Below, one piece after another: positions 46,815 through 56,162 of a stretch of 64,000 bases of DNA. The position numbers and the translations under genes are program-made. The notes below the pieces were generated by a model. The model had not been told where the DNA came from. It searched no databases and saw nothing but the letters and a program-made list of their open reading frames with translations. Position 1 is the first letter of the stretch. Every line of letters begins with the position of its first letter. The DNA is from an uncultured Gammaproteobacteria bacterium (GTDB lineage Bacteria; Patescibacteriota; Microgenomatia; CAYXHB01; CAZYTL01), in NCBI GenBank assembly GCA_964650355.1, contig CAZYTL010000004.1, forward strand, positions 67,912-131,911, in the 5' to 3' direction.

Positions 46815-47261
46815 TTACTCCTCCAAACCCAAATCCTCCTTTTTCGGCAATTCTTTACCCAATAAACCTCTGGCGAAAAAATGATCTAAATCCTCCACAT
46901 AATCCTTCAAGGCTGGACACAAAACAATCCCCTTCAACTCAACCGGAGAAAACCACTCCATCCTTTGACCCTCATCTCCCAGTTTAAACTTCTCTACCTC
47001 ATGATCTTCAGCTTCGCACCAATACAAGCAATCTTTCAAGTCTTCCTCTGGCCACTCTCTTGTCCCCAGGTAAACCAATCGTTTGGGCACATAACTTATC
47101 TCTTCTTGCAACTCCCGTTTAATCGTCTCTTGATGGGTTTCACCTTTTTCAATTACCCCGCCGGGCAAATCCCAAGTACTGGGATAAGGAATATCATCGA
47201 AATCATCTCTGAGAATTAATAAAATTTTCCCTTGATGTACTATGAACACCGCACTAGCCAT
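46815..47261 (-). CDS. NUDIX hydrolase
   Basis: Nudix box WDLPGGVIEKGETHQETIKRELQEEI; start at MASAV after TATAAT-N6. Confidence 0.9.
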   Translation of the reverse strand: MASAVFIVHQGKILLILRDDFDDIPYPSTWDLPGGVIEKGETHQETIKRELQEEISYVPKRLVYLGTREWPEEDLKDCLYWCEAEDHEVEKFKLGDEGQRMEWFSPVELKGIVLCPALKDYVEDLDHFFARGLLGKELPKKEDLGLEE

Positions 47262-47290
47262 GCCGCCATTATACACCCAACATCTACTAC

Positions 47291-47318
47291 GCGGGCTCCG
47301 ATATCCCTCGGGACCCGC
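47291..47318. repeat. REP-like GC-rich hairpin
   Basis: GCGGG(c)TCCGA-tatccc-TCGGG(a)CCCGC, downstream of hsp20. Confidence 0.4.
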
Positions 47319-47429
47319 CCACTATTCGCTCCAAATTCTGAGTGAATCCAAAGTCGAATCAACAATCTTCTATTTATCAGTAAATGATCTTTACTGTTTA
47401 CTGATTACTGATAACCGATTACCGACGGC

Positions 47430-47852
47430 CTATTTTTTCTTTGCTTTGACAGCAATCTTTTTCGGCTTCACCTCTTCCGCCTTAGGCAACACCAACTTTA
47501 ACACTCCGTTTTCCACTGTAGCGTCTGCTTTATCAGCCTTTACCGGACAAGGCAGTGATGTCGTATACAAATACTTGGCTTGCCGGGCTTGGCGGTAAAC
47601 CACTTTGCGCTTCTTCTTTTCCTCTTCATTAGTTTCATATTCCGCCTTAACCGTCACTGTACCCCCTTCCACCGACACCTCAACCTTATCTTCCGGCACT
47701 CCAGCCACATTGGCTTCTACCACCACATCATTGTCGGTTTCATACACAGTCAATCCTTGTTCAACATCACTCCACCAGTCTTCGTCAAACATGCTCGGCA
47801 TGCGCCAAAAGTCTCTTGACAAAGCCATCGGATCCCATCTGACAATCGCCAT
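47430..47852 (-). CDS. Small heat shock protein (Hsp20/alpha-crystallin)
   Basis: MAIVRWDP, VYET..DVVVEA..GV, A..ENGVL.L.LPK, KIAV; strong SD AAAGGAGGTGA. Confidence 0.93.
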   Translation of the reverse strand: MAIVRWDPMALSRDFWRMPSMFDEDWWSDVEQGLTVYETDNDVVVEANVAGVPEDKVEVSVEGGTVTVKAEYETNEEEKKKRKVVYRQARQAKYLYTTSLPCPVKADKADATVENGVLKLVLPKAEEVKPKKIAVKAKKK

Positions 47853-47900
47853 AATTATCTCACCTCCTTTCGCATACCGCTTAAAATACAATAATATGCG

Positions 47901-48069
47901 ATCCTCCAAAGTCGCTCTTCGAGCCGCCCTTACTAATGAAGAAAGGCTCGAAGGAAGACTCGGAGGATACGTTCATTTTCAATGATAGCACGCAGTCCAC
48001 CGATTTCGCTCTTGAATCCGCCCCTACTAATGAGGAAAGGATTCAAGGAAGATAAGGTGGACAAACTGC
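47901..48069 (-). ncRNA. Tandem pair of covarying long hairpins in the hsp20 leader (candidate cis-regulatory RNA)
   Basis: Two copies of TCGCTCTT[CGAG/GAAT]CCGCCC[T/C]TACTAATGA[A/G]GAAAGG[CTCG/ATTC]AAGGAAGA; every difference in the core is compensatory. Confidence 0.65.
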
Positions 48070-48157
48070 CTTTATTAAACTTCAAAACATTTAGAATTCT
48101 CCGAATTCTAACTAACTTCCAATTTTCAATCTCTTCAATCTCTAATTTTAGACGCCC

Positions 48158-48184
48158 TTAGCACTCTTGTATCATAAGTGCTAA
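48158..48184. promoter_or_regulatory. CIRCE operator (HrcA site) overlapping the hsp20 promoter
   Basis: TTAGCACTC-N9-AAGTGCTAA, one mismatch to the TTAGCACTC-N9-GAGTGCTAA consensus; TTGACA on the minus strand at 48190..48195. Confidence 0.85.
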
Positions 48185-48344
48185 CTACTTGTCAAGACCT
48201 TTTCCTTAATTTTTGAACTTACATTAACAGCCTATAGAAGAAAAATGATAACTCCATGAGAAAAATCTCGTTTATATCAACCTCTCTAAATCCACTCAAC
48301 CCATTCCTTACTCTCACTAAAACCTCTGTCACAAATCAATCAAA

Positions 48345-49601
48345 TCAATTCTCTCCACCTCTCCTCCATTCGTAAAACCATCTCCAGACCTTCTCCCACC
48401 AACTATAACTCTCCTTTAATAACTTCACTTCATACTCATCCTTAAACGCGTCAAGCTGCACCGTCTGACTTAAATACCCGTCTGCCGTCACCCCAAACTC
48501 CTGCTCACTGCTCAGCACCGCCAACTTAAACTCCCCGTTACCATCTGTCGTCCCTTGCTTTAACTCCGTAACCACCTGCGCCCCCCCGACCCCCTGCCCC
48601 CACTCATTCACCACCCTGCCACTAATCACCCGCGGCTCATAAAACGACTTCAATACCTGCACTGCCAACTTCGCCTGCCCGTCATCTCTCCACAAAGCCG
48701 TGGATCCGCCCCTGTTCACCCAATAATTCATGCCCATGAATCCGTCTACTCCTGACAAACCCCTCAACGCTTCATTTAACCACCGCCCTTGACTCTCTTC
48801 ACTCAAGTCCCCATGAATATCCTTCACCGGCACCCCGGTTTCCCCTAACAACACCTGGCCCTGGCTGTTCCCGATCAAATCTTCCACATCACTTACCAAC
48901 TTCTCCGGCGTGGCCACATAATGGTCCACCGTCACTACTCCCCCCAACTTTTTCGTCGTTTCTGCGTTCATTATTAACCTGGCCACGTCCCCGTTCATCG
49001 AATACACACTTCTCACCTGCTTGCCTATCTGCTTAAAAGCCAACTGCTCCAGACCATACTCCTCAATCAAAAACGCTCGATGTTCTTTCACGTCTCCGTT
49101 CCACCTGGGGTCACCCGGACCTCCGTTCTCGCATTCCGGACAGCCGTCAAAAATATCCCCGTCCGCAAACAACTCCCCATGCTGCAAAATAAAATCTTTT
49201 GTCTTGCTCAAATGCTCATCCCTATTAATCTTGTCATACCCAAACCAACCCTCCCAGCCTGACCAATTACCCCTAAACCAAACGTTCAGTCCGTAACCTC
49301 GTGCCGTTTGTACCCACAACCGCAAAAACGGCAAAAACTCCTCATCATAAGGCGTGCCAATCGCCACATGAGTGGCTCCCAAATCCGCAATCTCCTTCAC
49401 CTGATCATCAATCACCTGCGCAAATTCTTCGTCATTCAGCTTCTCCCGCGCCACATCCCGCGAATACTTCATCGTGTCCACCGCCTGCACTGGCCACCAC
49501 TGAACCCTCTTCTCTTCCGCCCGCACCTTCATACCACTACCCCACTCCCATCCCATCAAAGCCAAAAACACCGCCGAAATAACCAATATATTCACTTTCA
49601 T
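48345..49601 (-). CDS. Exported glycoside-hydrolase-like TIM-barrel protein with a C-terminal carboxypeptidase-regulatory-like domain
   Basis: N-terminal TM/signal; CPECENG, VDHY, LGETG (GH-A-like acid and nucleophile); ISGRVVNE.G..V.GA.V...TDGNGEF. Confidence 0.6.
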   Translation of the reverse strand: MKVNILVISAVFLALMGWEWGSGMKVRAEEKRVQWWPVQAVDTMKYSRDVAREKLNDEEFAQVIDDQVKEIADLGATHVAIGTPYDEEFLPFLRLWVQTARGYGLNVWFRGNWSGWEGWFGYDKINRDEHLSKTKDFILQHGELFADGDIFDGCPECENGGPGDPRWNGDVKEHRAFLIEEYGLEQLAFKQIGKQVRSVYSMNGDVARLIMNAETTKKLGGVVTVDHYVATPEKLVSDVEDLIGNSQGQVLLGETGVPVKDIHGDLSEESQGRWLNEALRGLSGVDGFMGMNYWVNRGGSTALWRDDGQAKLAVQVLKSFYEPRVISGRVVNEWGQGVGGAQVVTELKQGTTDGNGEFKLAVLSSEQEFGVTADGYLSQTVQLDAFKDEYEVKLLKESYSWWEKVWRWFYEWRRGGEN

Positions 49602-49726
49602 AAATCGTTTGAACTTTAATTACCGTCATATTTTACTATACTTTAGGCAAAATTGCCCCAAAACAATACTTTTCGCTTCCCAAATTTTAATTAGCACCCC
49701 CAAGAGATAACACAAATAAAATTTAG

Positions 49727-51421
49727 TTACGTCTCCGTCCTCCTGAAAATCAAAATCTCCTTCGAGGTGTAGACCTTCTCAAAATGAGCATATAACCGCC
49801 CCCGCTTATCCTCAGGCGCATACAACTGATCCCACACCTCATCATCCTTCTGAATAATAATCCACCGTGCATACTTTTCCGGCTCTTCCAAAGATTCCTC
49901 CCAATAAGGCCTAGTACCAACGTAAATCACATTTTGCATCGGAATTCCGCTTCTTATAATACTTAACAATCTTGAATAATCGTCAATCAACACCAGCCCG
50001 TTATCATAATGCTGCGCCAGCCAAACTTCGGCATCCAATCGGTACGCAGTTGATAAGCCTCTTACCCCGTCTTCCATTGCCAAATTTCTGCTATACCCGA
50101 TTAAAAACAAACCGGATTGTAACACCAGGCTCGCAATTATTACCAGTTTGCCTACTGATTTACTTTTGGCAAACAGCATCCCCACGAATACCGCTACCGT
50201 CGGCACCATCATCAATCCGTATCTCACGTTAAACAAAGTCCACTCAAAACTCGTCGGCGTCAAATGAGGAATAAAAATAATCGATTGGCCCATATACAAA
50301 GTCACCACATAAAACACAAACGGCACCATCAACAACCCCACAATCAACCCTCTCCTGTATAAACCACTACTGATTAATTGGCGGACATTAGCCTTCACTT
50401 CAGACCACCATCTTCCCATCTTCAGCACTGGCTTTAAATATCCCGTCAGACCAATCACGAACATCACCAGAGTTACCGGCCCCACAGCATTCATGGTAGT
50501 CACCAGATAATAAAGAAACGATAACCCCATATTTTGATAAGCCGGCAGTTGTCCTTTAGCCAACCACCCCTGTTGCTGCGACTTGGCTGAAAATTGACTG
50601 TTAGTAAAATACAGCGGATCACCCAATATCAGCCACGCCCATAACAGCCACAACCCTATTCCTAAAAAGGCCATCGTGGAATATAAAATCACCTTACCTT
50701 CCATTTCTCGCCAGTATTTCCTTCCCCTCACTAAATAAAAAACAGTTAATATCGCTGCTTCCGCCAACACCAACAGCCAACCATCATACCTGGATAACGT
50801 GGCACAAAATCCGAAAAAAGCCGCAAACAGCAAATTCATCAACCGTGAGTACTCTCCATCCGATTTAGCCCCACTGCCAAAATCGCCTCTTTGACCGTCC
50901 GTCAATAAATACTTAATGAAAAAATAACTAGAAAGCGTAAAAAATCCAATCAATGGCAACTCAGTCATCGGCGTGCTTTGCATGTACAAGATCCCTGGAT
51001 TCAAACTAAAAACCAGCCAAGCCAACACCCCTGCCCATCTCTGCTGAGTTAACAACTTGGTCAGCTTATAAATAAACACAGAGCTAATCACATAAAAAGC
51101 TCCTGAAATAATTGCCCCTGCCAAACCAGTCCGCCACATCCAGTCACTCCATATCAACGGCAACATCAATACATGAGGCAGTGGTAACCAAATACCACCC
51201 AATTGCGCCATCCCGGGCGTTAAACTATCCACTACCCGCTTACTAATATTCAAATGACTCTCTGCATCACCGTACACCACAATCACGTCATTGTGTAACG
51301 CCAGCCCGATTCTCATCATGCTTAACACCGTAGACACCAGTAACACGATTTTCTCCCACGACCATCCCGCGGCCTTTTGTCGGATTTGATCTATCTGGTG
51401 TCTATCAAAAGCAATTGTCAT
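49727..51421 (-). CDS. GT-C fold (PMT/ArnT-like) membrane glycosyltransferase
   Basis: YGDAESH, WLPLPH, NP..LY....MTE, SRYDGW, NVRYG; multiple TM helices. Confidence 0.75.
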   Translation of the reverse strand: MTIAFDRHQIDQIRQKAAGWSWEKIVLLVSTVLSMMRIGLALHNDVIVVYGDAESHLNISKRVVDSLTPGMAQLGGIWLPLPHVLMLPLIWSDWMWRTGLAGAIISGAFYVISSVFIYKLTKLLTQQRWAGVLAWLVFSLNPGILYMQSTPMTELPLIGFFTLSSYFFIKYLLTDGQRGDFGSGAKSDGEYSRLMNLLFAAFFGFCATLSRYDGWLLVLAEAAILTVFYLVRGRKYWREMEGKVILYSTMAFLGIGLWLLWAWLILGDPLYFTNSQFSAKSQQQGWLAKGQLPAYQNMGLSFLYYLVTTMNAVGPVTLVMFVIGLTGYLKPVLKMGRWWSEVKANVRQLISSGLYRRGLIVGLLMVPFVFYVVTLYMGQSIIFIPHLTPTSFEWTLFNVRYGLMMVPTVAVFVGMLFAKSKSVGKLVIIASLVLQSGLFLIGYSRNLAMEDGVRGLSTAYRLDAEVWLAQHYDNGLVLIDDYSRLLSIIRSGIPMQNVIYVGTRPYWEESLEEPEKYARWIIIQKDDEVWDQLYAPEDKRGRLYAHFEKVYTSKEILIFRRTET

Positions 51422-51436
51422 AATCTTTCTTTAAGC

Positions 51437-52990
51437 TCACTTTCCCCTATTCTTGAGCGTCTTTGGCCGTTGCTCAAACATCGGCCCTATAAATAAAACC
51501 ACTCCCATCACTAACAAAACCAAGCTTAAAATTACCGCATAATATTCGCCCAAAGAATATCTGCCCCTTAACCATTGGTTAAACACGAAATTTCCGGTTA
51601 TCGACTGACTAAAAAATACCCGACTGGCTTCCAATCCGTATTTCACTTTCCAATAATCTGCTTCTACCTTGGGAGGCACTGCATTAGTGGTCAACACCCC
51701 CAATAAAGCCACCACACAAGAGTAAAATAACAGCAAAAAGGCTGCCAGCAAATAATAAATTTTTCTCCTGTATTCTGCTATCCATTTGGCTGAAAATAAT
51801 GCCAAAATCGCCATTGAAGGAATCAAATACCTTGGTCCGAATGCCCATCCTCCCCAGGGATCGCCAAAACTCGCGTACACAAATAAGTTAATTCCTGCCA
51901 GACCCATTAAAGTTCCGGCCGCTAAACCCATCCCTCCATTAATCACCAACCACATTCCCCAAATGGCCAAAATAAATATCGGGGCATAAACAAACAGGCC
52001 CTTGTCAGGCGCAAACAATAATACATATAAACCGTGTGGCAACCTTTCTTCCTTAAATAGACTGCTCACCCCTTCTTTATGAGCCATAATCTCCGATTGC
52101 TCTTCCTTGGTGGTTTCCAACACCGCTGCTGACTTTGCCGCCCCCTCATACCTCACTAACGTATTACTCAACGTTCTCCAGCTACCATAATTCACATAAT
52201 TATAATAAGCATGCACTCCGGAAAGCACCATAAACACCAAGGCTGTCACCACCACGCTGGCCCGGAAATTTAGTTTAATTTTTTCCTTCGTAGCATGAAC
52301 ATTTCCTGCCACTAACATTAAATAAACTATATTAGGGACCAATAAAATCACATTTGGATAATCAACAAAGATCGCCAAGGCATAACCTAACCATACCGAT
52401 GCCGCCCACATCCAACTGAACCTTCCCTGCTGGCTGTACTTATACACCGACCAAAACCCCGCCAACATCAAAAACACCGAGATCGCGTGCTGGTAAATGG
52501 TTACCGAGTAACTCCAAGCTGGACTCGCAAAAGCATAAATCAATGCTGCCAATAGAGCTGCCCAATTCGGCAACTTTAATATCTGTCTCGCGATTAAAAA
52601 CAACAACACCATACCTCCAATATTAAATATCGGAATCGTGGCATAAGCAGCCAACTGGCCCCAGCCATATTTACTCCCCAACAAATACAACGGCTCAATC
52701 AACAGCGGTACCCCAGGTGGAAAAAAACTATAAAACTTGCCGTCCAAATACCCCACATCTGGCGCTGCCACCTCCGCCCAACCGGGAGACAAAGCAAACG
52801 AATGATCATCCACCAACGACATCAACAGCGCATATGGAGATCGCTCATGAGAAGATTCAAAGGGCGAACCTGTCCTGGTCAACTTCTGCACGGCTCTCAT
52901 ATCAGGATTGCCAGGCACTCCCCGCAAAGTCAACGCATGGAAGAATATCCCGACTACGACGATAATTAAAATGTATAAAAGATTCTTCAT
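51437..52990 (-). CDS. Polytopic membrane protein, probable GT-C glycosyltransferase
   Basis: YSFFPPG, FASPAWSYS, KGLFVYAP, WGGWAFGPRYL. Confidence 0.7.
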   Translation of the reverse strand: MKNLLYILIIVVVGIFFHALTLRGVPGNPDMRAVQKLTRTGSPFESSHERSPYALLMSLVDDHSFALSPGWAEVAAPDVGYLDGKFYSFFPPGVPLLIEPLYLLGSKYGWGQLAAYATIPIFNIGGMVLLFLIARQILKLPNWAALLAALIYAFASPAWSYSVTIYQHAISVFLMLAGFWSVYKYSQQGRFSWMWAASVWLGYALAIFVDYPNVILLVPNIVYLMLVAGNVHATKEKIKLNFRASVVVTALVFMVLSGVHAYYNYVNYGSWRTLSNTLVRYEGAAKSAAVLETTKEEQSEIMAHKEGVSSLFKEERLPHGLYVLLFAPDKGLFVYAPIFILAIWGMWLVINGGMGLAAGTLMGLAGINLFVYASFGDPWGGWAFGPRYLIPSMAILALFSAKWIAEYRRKIYYLLAAFLLLFYSCVVALLGVLTTNAVPPKVEADYWKVKYGLEASRVFFSQSITGNFVFNQWLRGRYSLGEYYAVILSLVLLVMGVVLFIGPMFEQRPKTLKNRGK

Positions 52991-53007
52991 ATCTTTCTGC
53001 TTACCCT

Positions 53008-55200
53008 CTAAGAGCTTTGAGTTAACATCTCTGGACCTTCCACCGTCATTGGTGTCCAGTCGCCTACTATTAACTTTTGATGTTTGATCTTAGATATTAG
53101 ATCTCTGTACCACTCATCCATCCTTCCCGCCACTTCCCTCCAGGAATTCTGTAGCCCTTCCTCCCGATTCCTCTCTTCGATTTGCTTTACCTTCCTGCTC
53201 TGCTTATTTGCCAACACATAATTGATCTTCTCGGCCAAGGTTTTATCATCTCGGGTTTGAACACAAAACCCATTTACTTCGTGTTTGATTAACAACGGCA
53301 GGGCCGTATTATTGGCTACAATGCACACCAGCCCCTGACTCATCCCCTCATGCACCACATTACAAAAACTCTCCCACAACGCCATATGCACCATCATCTG
53401 ACTGTGTTTAAGAGCGTAATATTTATCAATCCCTCGGATCACTCCCGGAAATACCACCCGATTTTCTACCCCCAATTCCTTAGCCAGTTTCTTTAAATAA
53501 TCAAAGTATCCGGCGTGCTGGTTCTTTTCCACCGGACCGATCGCCACATACTTAACCTCTTTTGGCACATCAACTAAGGCCTTAATCACCGTCTCCAAGT
53601 TCTTAATCGGATAAATCCTTCCTATCTGAATCAGATACTTTCCCCAATCTTTAACCTGACTTTTAATCTCCTTGCTGGCCAGTTTATCAGCCTCCATGTA
53701 AGCTTCGTCATCCAAACCATTGGCAATCACCTCAATCAAATCCTCTCTGACCCCGTGCTTCAACATCTCCTGCTTTTCCCATTCCGATACTGCTCGTACT
53801 CCGTCAACTACTGCATTTATCATCCAGGTGCCCAAGGAATAATGATAAACCTGTTTTCCCCATCTCTGCCACCAGGGAAATACCGCCCATTCAGGATTAA
53901 ATCCTCCATGCGGAGTCAATATTACCGCATACCCCTTCCTTCCTAATAACTTATCCACCCCTGCCTTTAACAAGATATGCAAATGTGGGAATACATTAAA
54001 ATTATGCAACGCCACCACCGCAGTCCTCTGCCAATCAATTTGAGGGAAAAACCCATATCCGGGATGATATCCGTACCGTTTTACATTCATCCCCGAAATC
54101 GTCTCCTCATCCCCTAACGCCTGCTTTTCAGTCAACGTATCTTTTGATGTATGTATCTGAACATCCCACCCCTTCTCAGCCTGCCTCGCCTGACGGCTGT
54201 CAAAGCGGGCTAACACTTTATAAGTCTGCAAAATGTTTACCTCAATCCCAGCCGTCACCGGATAAAAGTACTTGGTGACGAGGTCGACGCGCATACCAGA
54301 ATGTTCATCGCTCACATCTTTCACAGGTTTTCGCAAACTAGACCAAACAGGCAGAACTAACAAAGAGATGCGTTTCCAAATCTTCTTAAATGACCTTAAT
54401 AACTTCTTAATTAATCCTCTTACTTGCACCACCGACGGACTCACCATTGCCCTTACTTCAGCCAAACTATGCGTTCCGTTAACCCCGATTCTGGATACCC
54501 GTAACCTGTCTGTCAGCGGTTTAATCAACTCATCATCCATACTCAACCCCAGATCAAAACCGGCGTTCTTCACCATCTCCCAAACTTTTCCATCGTACGC
54601 CCCCTTGGGATAAGCAAAATACCTAATCTTTATACCTAAATCCTGCTCTAACTTCTTTTTCGCTTCGACTATTTCTTTCTCTATCTGGGTTGCATCCAGC
54701 TTCTCAAAATCCGCATGCGTCATACTGTGGCACCCCACTTCCCAACCCACCTTTACCAACTGCTTAATTTCCCGTTTGCTCAGTAGTTGATTATTATTGG
54801 CTAATTCTTCCCGGTTAGCTTTTGAAGGATCAGCCAACAAGTTAATACAAGGTTTGATCCCTTTCTTCTTCAACCAGTCCTTCACCTCTAACACACTGGC
54901 ATAGCCGTCATCAAAAGTGACCGCGGCCACCGGCTTGTTAAATGTCCTCTTCCCTTTAATAAACTCCTCAATCTCCTTCAACCTCACAAATTCACAATCT
55001 CGGCTTAACAGTTTCATTTGCTGCTTAAAAGCCTTCTCGTTCACATTCAGCCACCAGTCATTCCCGATCCCGTGATAGACCAACACCACCACCTGATTCT
55101 TCCTTCCCAGCATTTGATCCGCTGACCACAGGATCACATAAACCAGCCTCCTCAACCAGGAAAATAATTTGAATGGTAATCGTGAAATAAAATTCTTCAT
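53008..55200 (-). CDS. Polysaccharide deacetylase (CE4/NodB) fused to a GT4 glycosyltransferase
   Basis: LVYH, TFDDGY, GCHSMTH, FAYPKG; then GR....KN, ESF..V..E.M. Confidence 0.88.
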   Translation of the reverse strand: MKNFISRLPFKLFSWLRRLVYVILWSADQMLGRKNQVVVLVYHGIGNDWWLNVNEKAFKQQMKLLSRDCEFVRLKEIEEFIKGKRTFNKPVAAVTFDDGYASVLEVKDWLKKKGIKPCINLLADPSKANREELANNNQLLSKREIKQLVKVGWEVGCHSMTHADFEKLDATQIEKEIVEAKKKLEQDLGIKIRYFAYPKGAYDGKVWEMVKNAGFDLGLSMDDELIKPLTDRLRVSRIGVNGTHSLAEVRAMVSPSVVQVRGLIKKLLRSFKKIWKRISLLVLPVWSSLRKPVKDVSDEHSGMRVDLVTKYFYPVTAGIEVNILQTYKVLARFDSRQARQAEKGWDVQIHTSKDTLTEKQALGDEETISGMNVKRYGYHPGYGFFPQIDWQRTAVVALHNFNVFPHLHILLKAGVDKLLGRKGYAVILTPHGGFNPEWAVFPWWQRWGKQVYHYSLGTWMINAVVDGVRAVSEWEKQEMLKHGVREDLIEVIANGLDDEAYMEADKLASKEIKSQVKDWGKYLIQIGRIYPIKNLETVIKALVDVPKEVKYVAIGPVEKNQHAGYFDYLKKLAKELGVENRVVFPGVIRGIDKYYALKHSQMMVHMALWESFCNVVHEGMSQGLVCIVANNTALPLLIKHEVNGFCVQTRDDKTLAEKINYVLANKQSRKVKQIEERNREEGLQNSWREVAGRMDEWYRDLISKIKHQKLIVGDWTPMTVEGPEMLTQSS
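54178..54211. repeat. REP-like palindrome inserted in frame in the CE4-GT4 gene
   Basis: AGCCTGC...TGAC-ggct-GTCA..GCGGGCT; encodes ARFDSRQARQA between LA and KGW. Confidence 0.5.
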
Positions 55201-55210
55201 ATTCTACAAA

Positions 55211-56128
55211 CTAAGTTTTTATTAACCTTGTAGTGCTCATCGACCTTTCCCAGGGACCGTTAATCGGTTTAGCCCACAACGATCGTACCGAGGTCAGCAA
55301 GTTCAAACCCAAATAAACCACCATATAAAAAGGAGTTCTCAACATAAATATCAAACCTCTTAACATACTCATCGGCCAAATTATCGGCAACCAATATTCT
55401 TTAATCACCCTCCCTGCTCCGAACTCGCTTTTGTATAAGTATTTAGACCGATGGTAACGGTTACTCTGTTTTTGATGATCACTCATCGTCTCCGGCAGCT
55501 TGATCTTTAATACTGCCCTTGGCGCGTATTCGTATTTAAATCCCTTAGACACGGTAAATAAGTACGAGTAGGCATCCTCCCCCTCCTTATCCGGAAACCG
55601 CAACCCAGAATACAACCTTCTGGAAAGCGCTCTTGCTGCCCCGTGGACCGTATAAACATTCCTCCCCTGTCTAAATTGTTCAAACACAAAATTCTTCAAA
55701 ATCAAACTCTCCACCAGCACTTTCTCCAAAAAGGTTCTTGGTTCCACCCCTACCATCCGTCCAGATGTTAAGTCAACTCTTCTGTTAACAATCGACTCCA
55801 CCAGCTTGCTGATAAACCTATCATCCTCTATCAAAATATCCGCATTCAGCAATACCAAAATATCCGTCTCCGTCAAACTGATCATCTGATTCTGTCTGAA
55901 AGACAAACCCTTATTTACTCGATCATCGATCACCTCAATCTTTTTACTTCTCACTTTCCTGGCCACCTCCACAGTCCGGTCCTCGCTCCCGTCGGAAACC
56001 ACCAGAATTTTTTCCACCACGAATCCCTCGGCTCTTTGCTTTAATAAACTCTCGAGCAAGTATCCGATATTGGCCTCTTCGTTAAAGGCCGAAATCCCGA
56101 TGGTGACAGTTGGTTTATTTTTAGACAT
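55211..56128 (-). CDS. GT2 glycosyltransferase
   Basis: AFNEE, DGSEDRT, NAD, GED. Confidence 0.9.
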   Translation of the reverse strand: MSKNKPTVTIGISAFNEEANIGYLLESLLKQRAEGFVVEKILVVSDGSEDRTVEVARKVRSKKIEVIDDRVNKGLSFRQNQMISLTETDILVLLNADILIEDDRFISKLVESIVNRRVDLTSGRMVGVEPRTFLEKVLVESLILKNFVFEQFRQGRNVYTVHGAARALSRRLYSGLRFPDKEGEDAYSYLFTVSKGFKYEYAPRAVLKIKLPETMSDHQKQSNRYHRSKYLYKSEFGAGRVIKEYWLPIIWPMSMLRGLIFMLRTPFYMVVYLGLNLLTSVRSLWAKPINGPWERSMSTTRLIKT

Positions 56129-56162
56129 AGTTATACTTTTATTCGAGGCATAATGATCCTAA

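Noticed and set aside
47901-48069. CRISPR array or hammerhead ribozyme (CTAATGA...GAAA)
   Set aside because: Only two units, no spacer series and no cas genes. CTAATGA is followed by GAAA with no stem II, so the hammerhead core cannot form.
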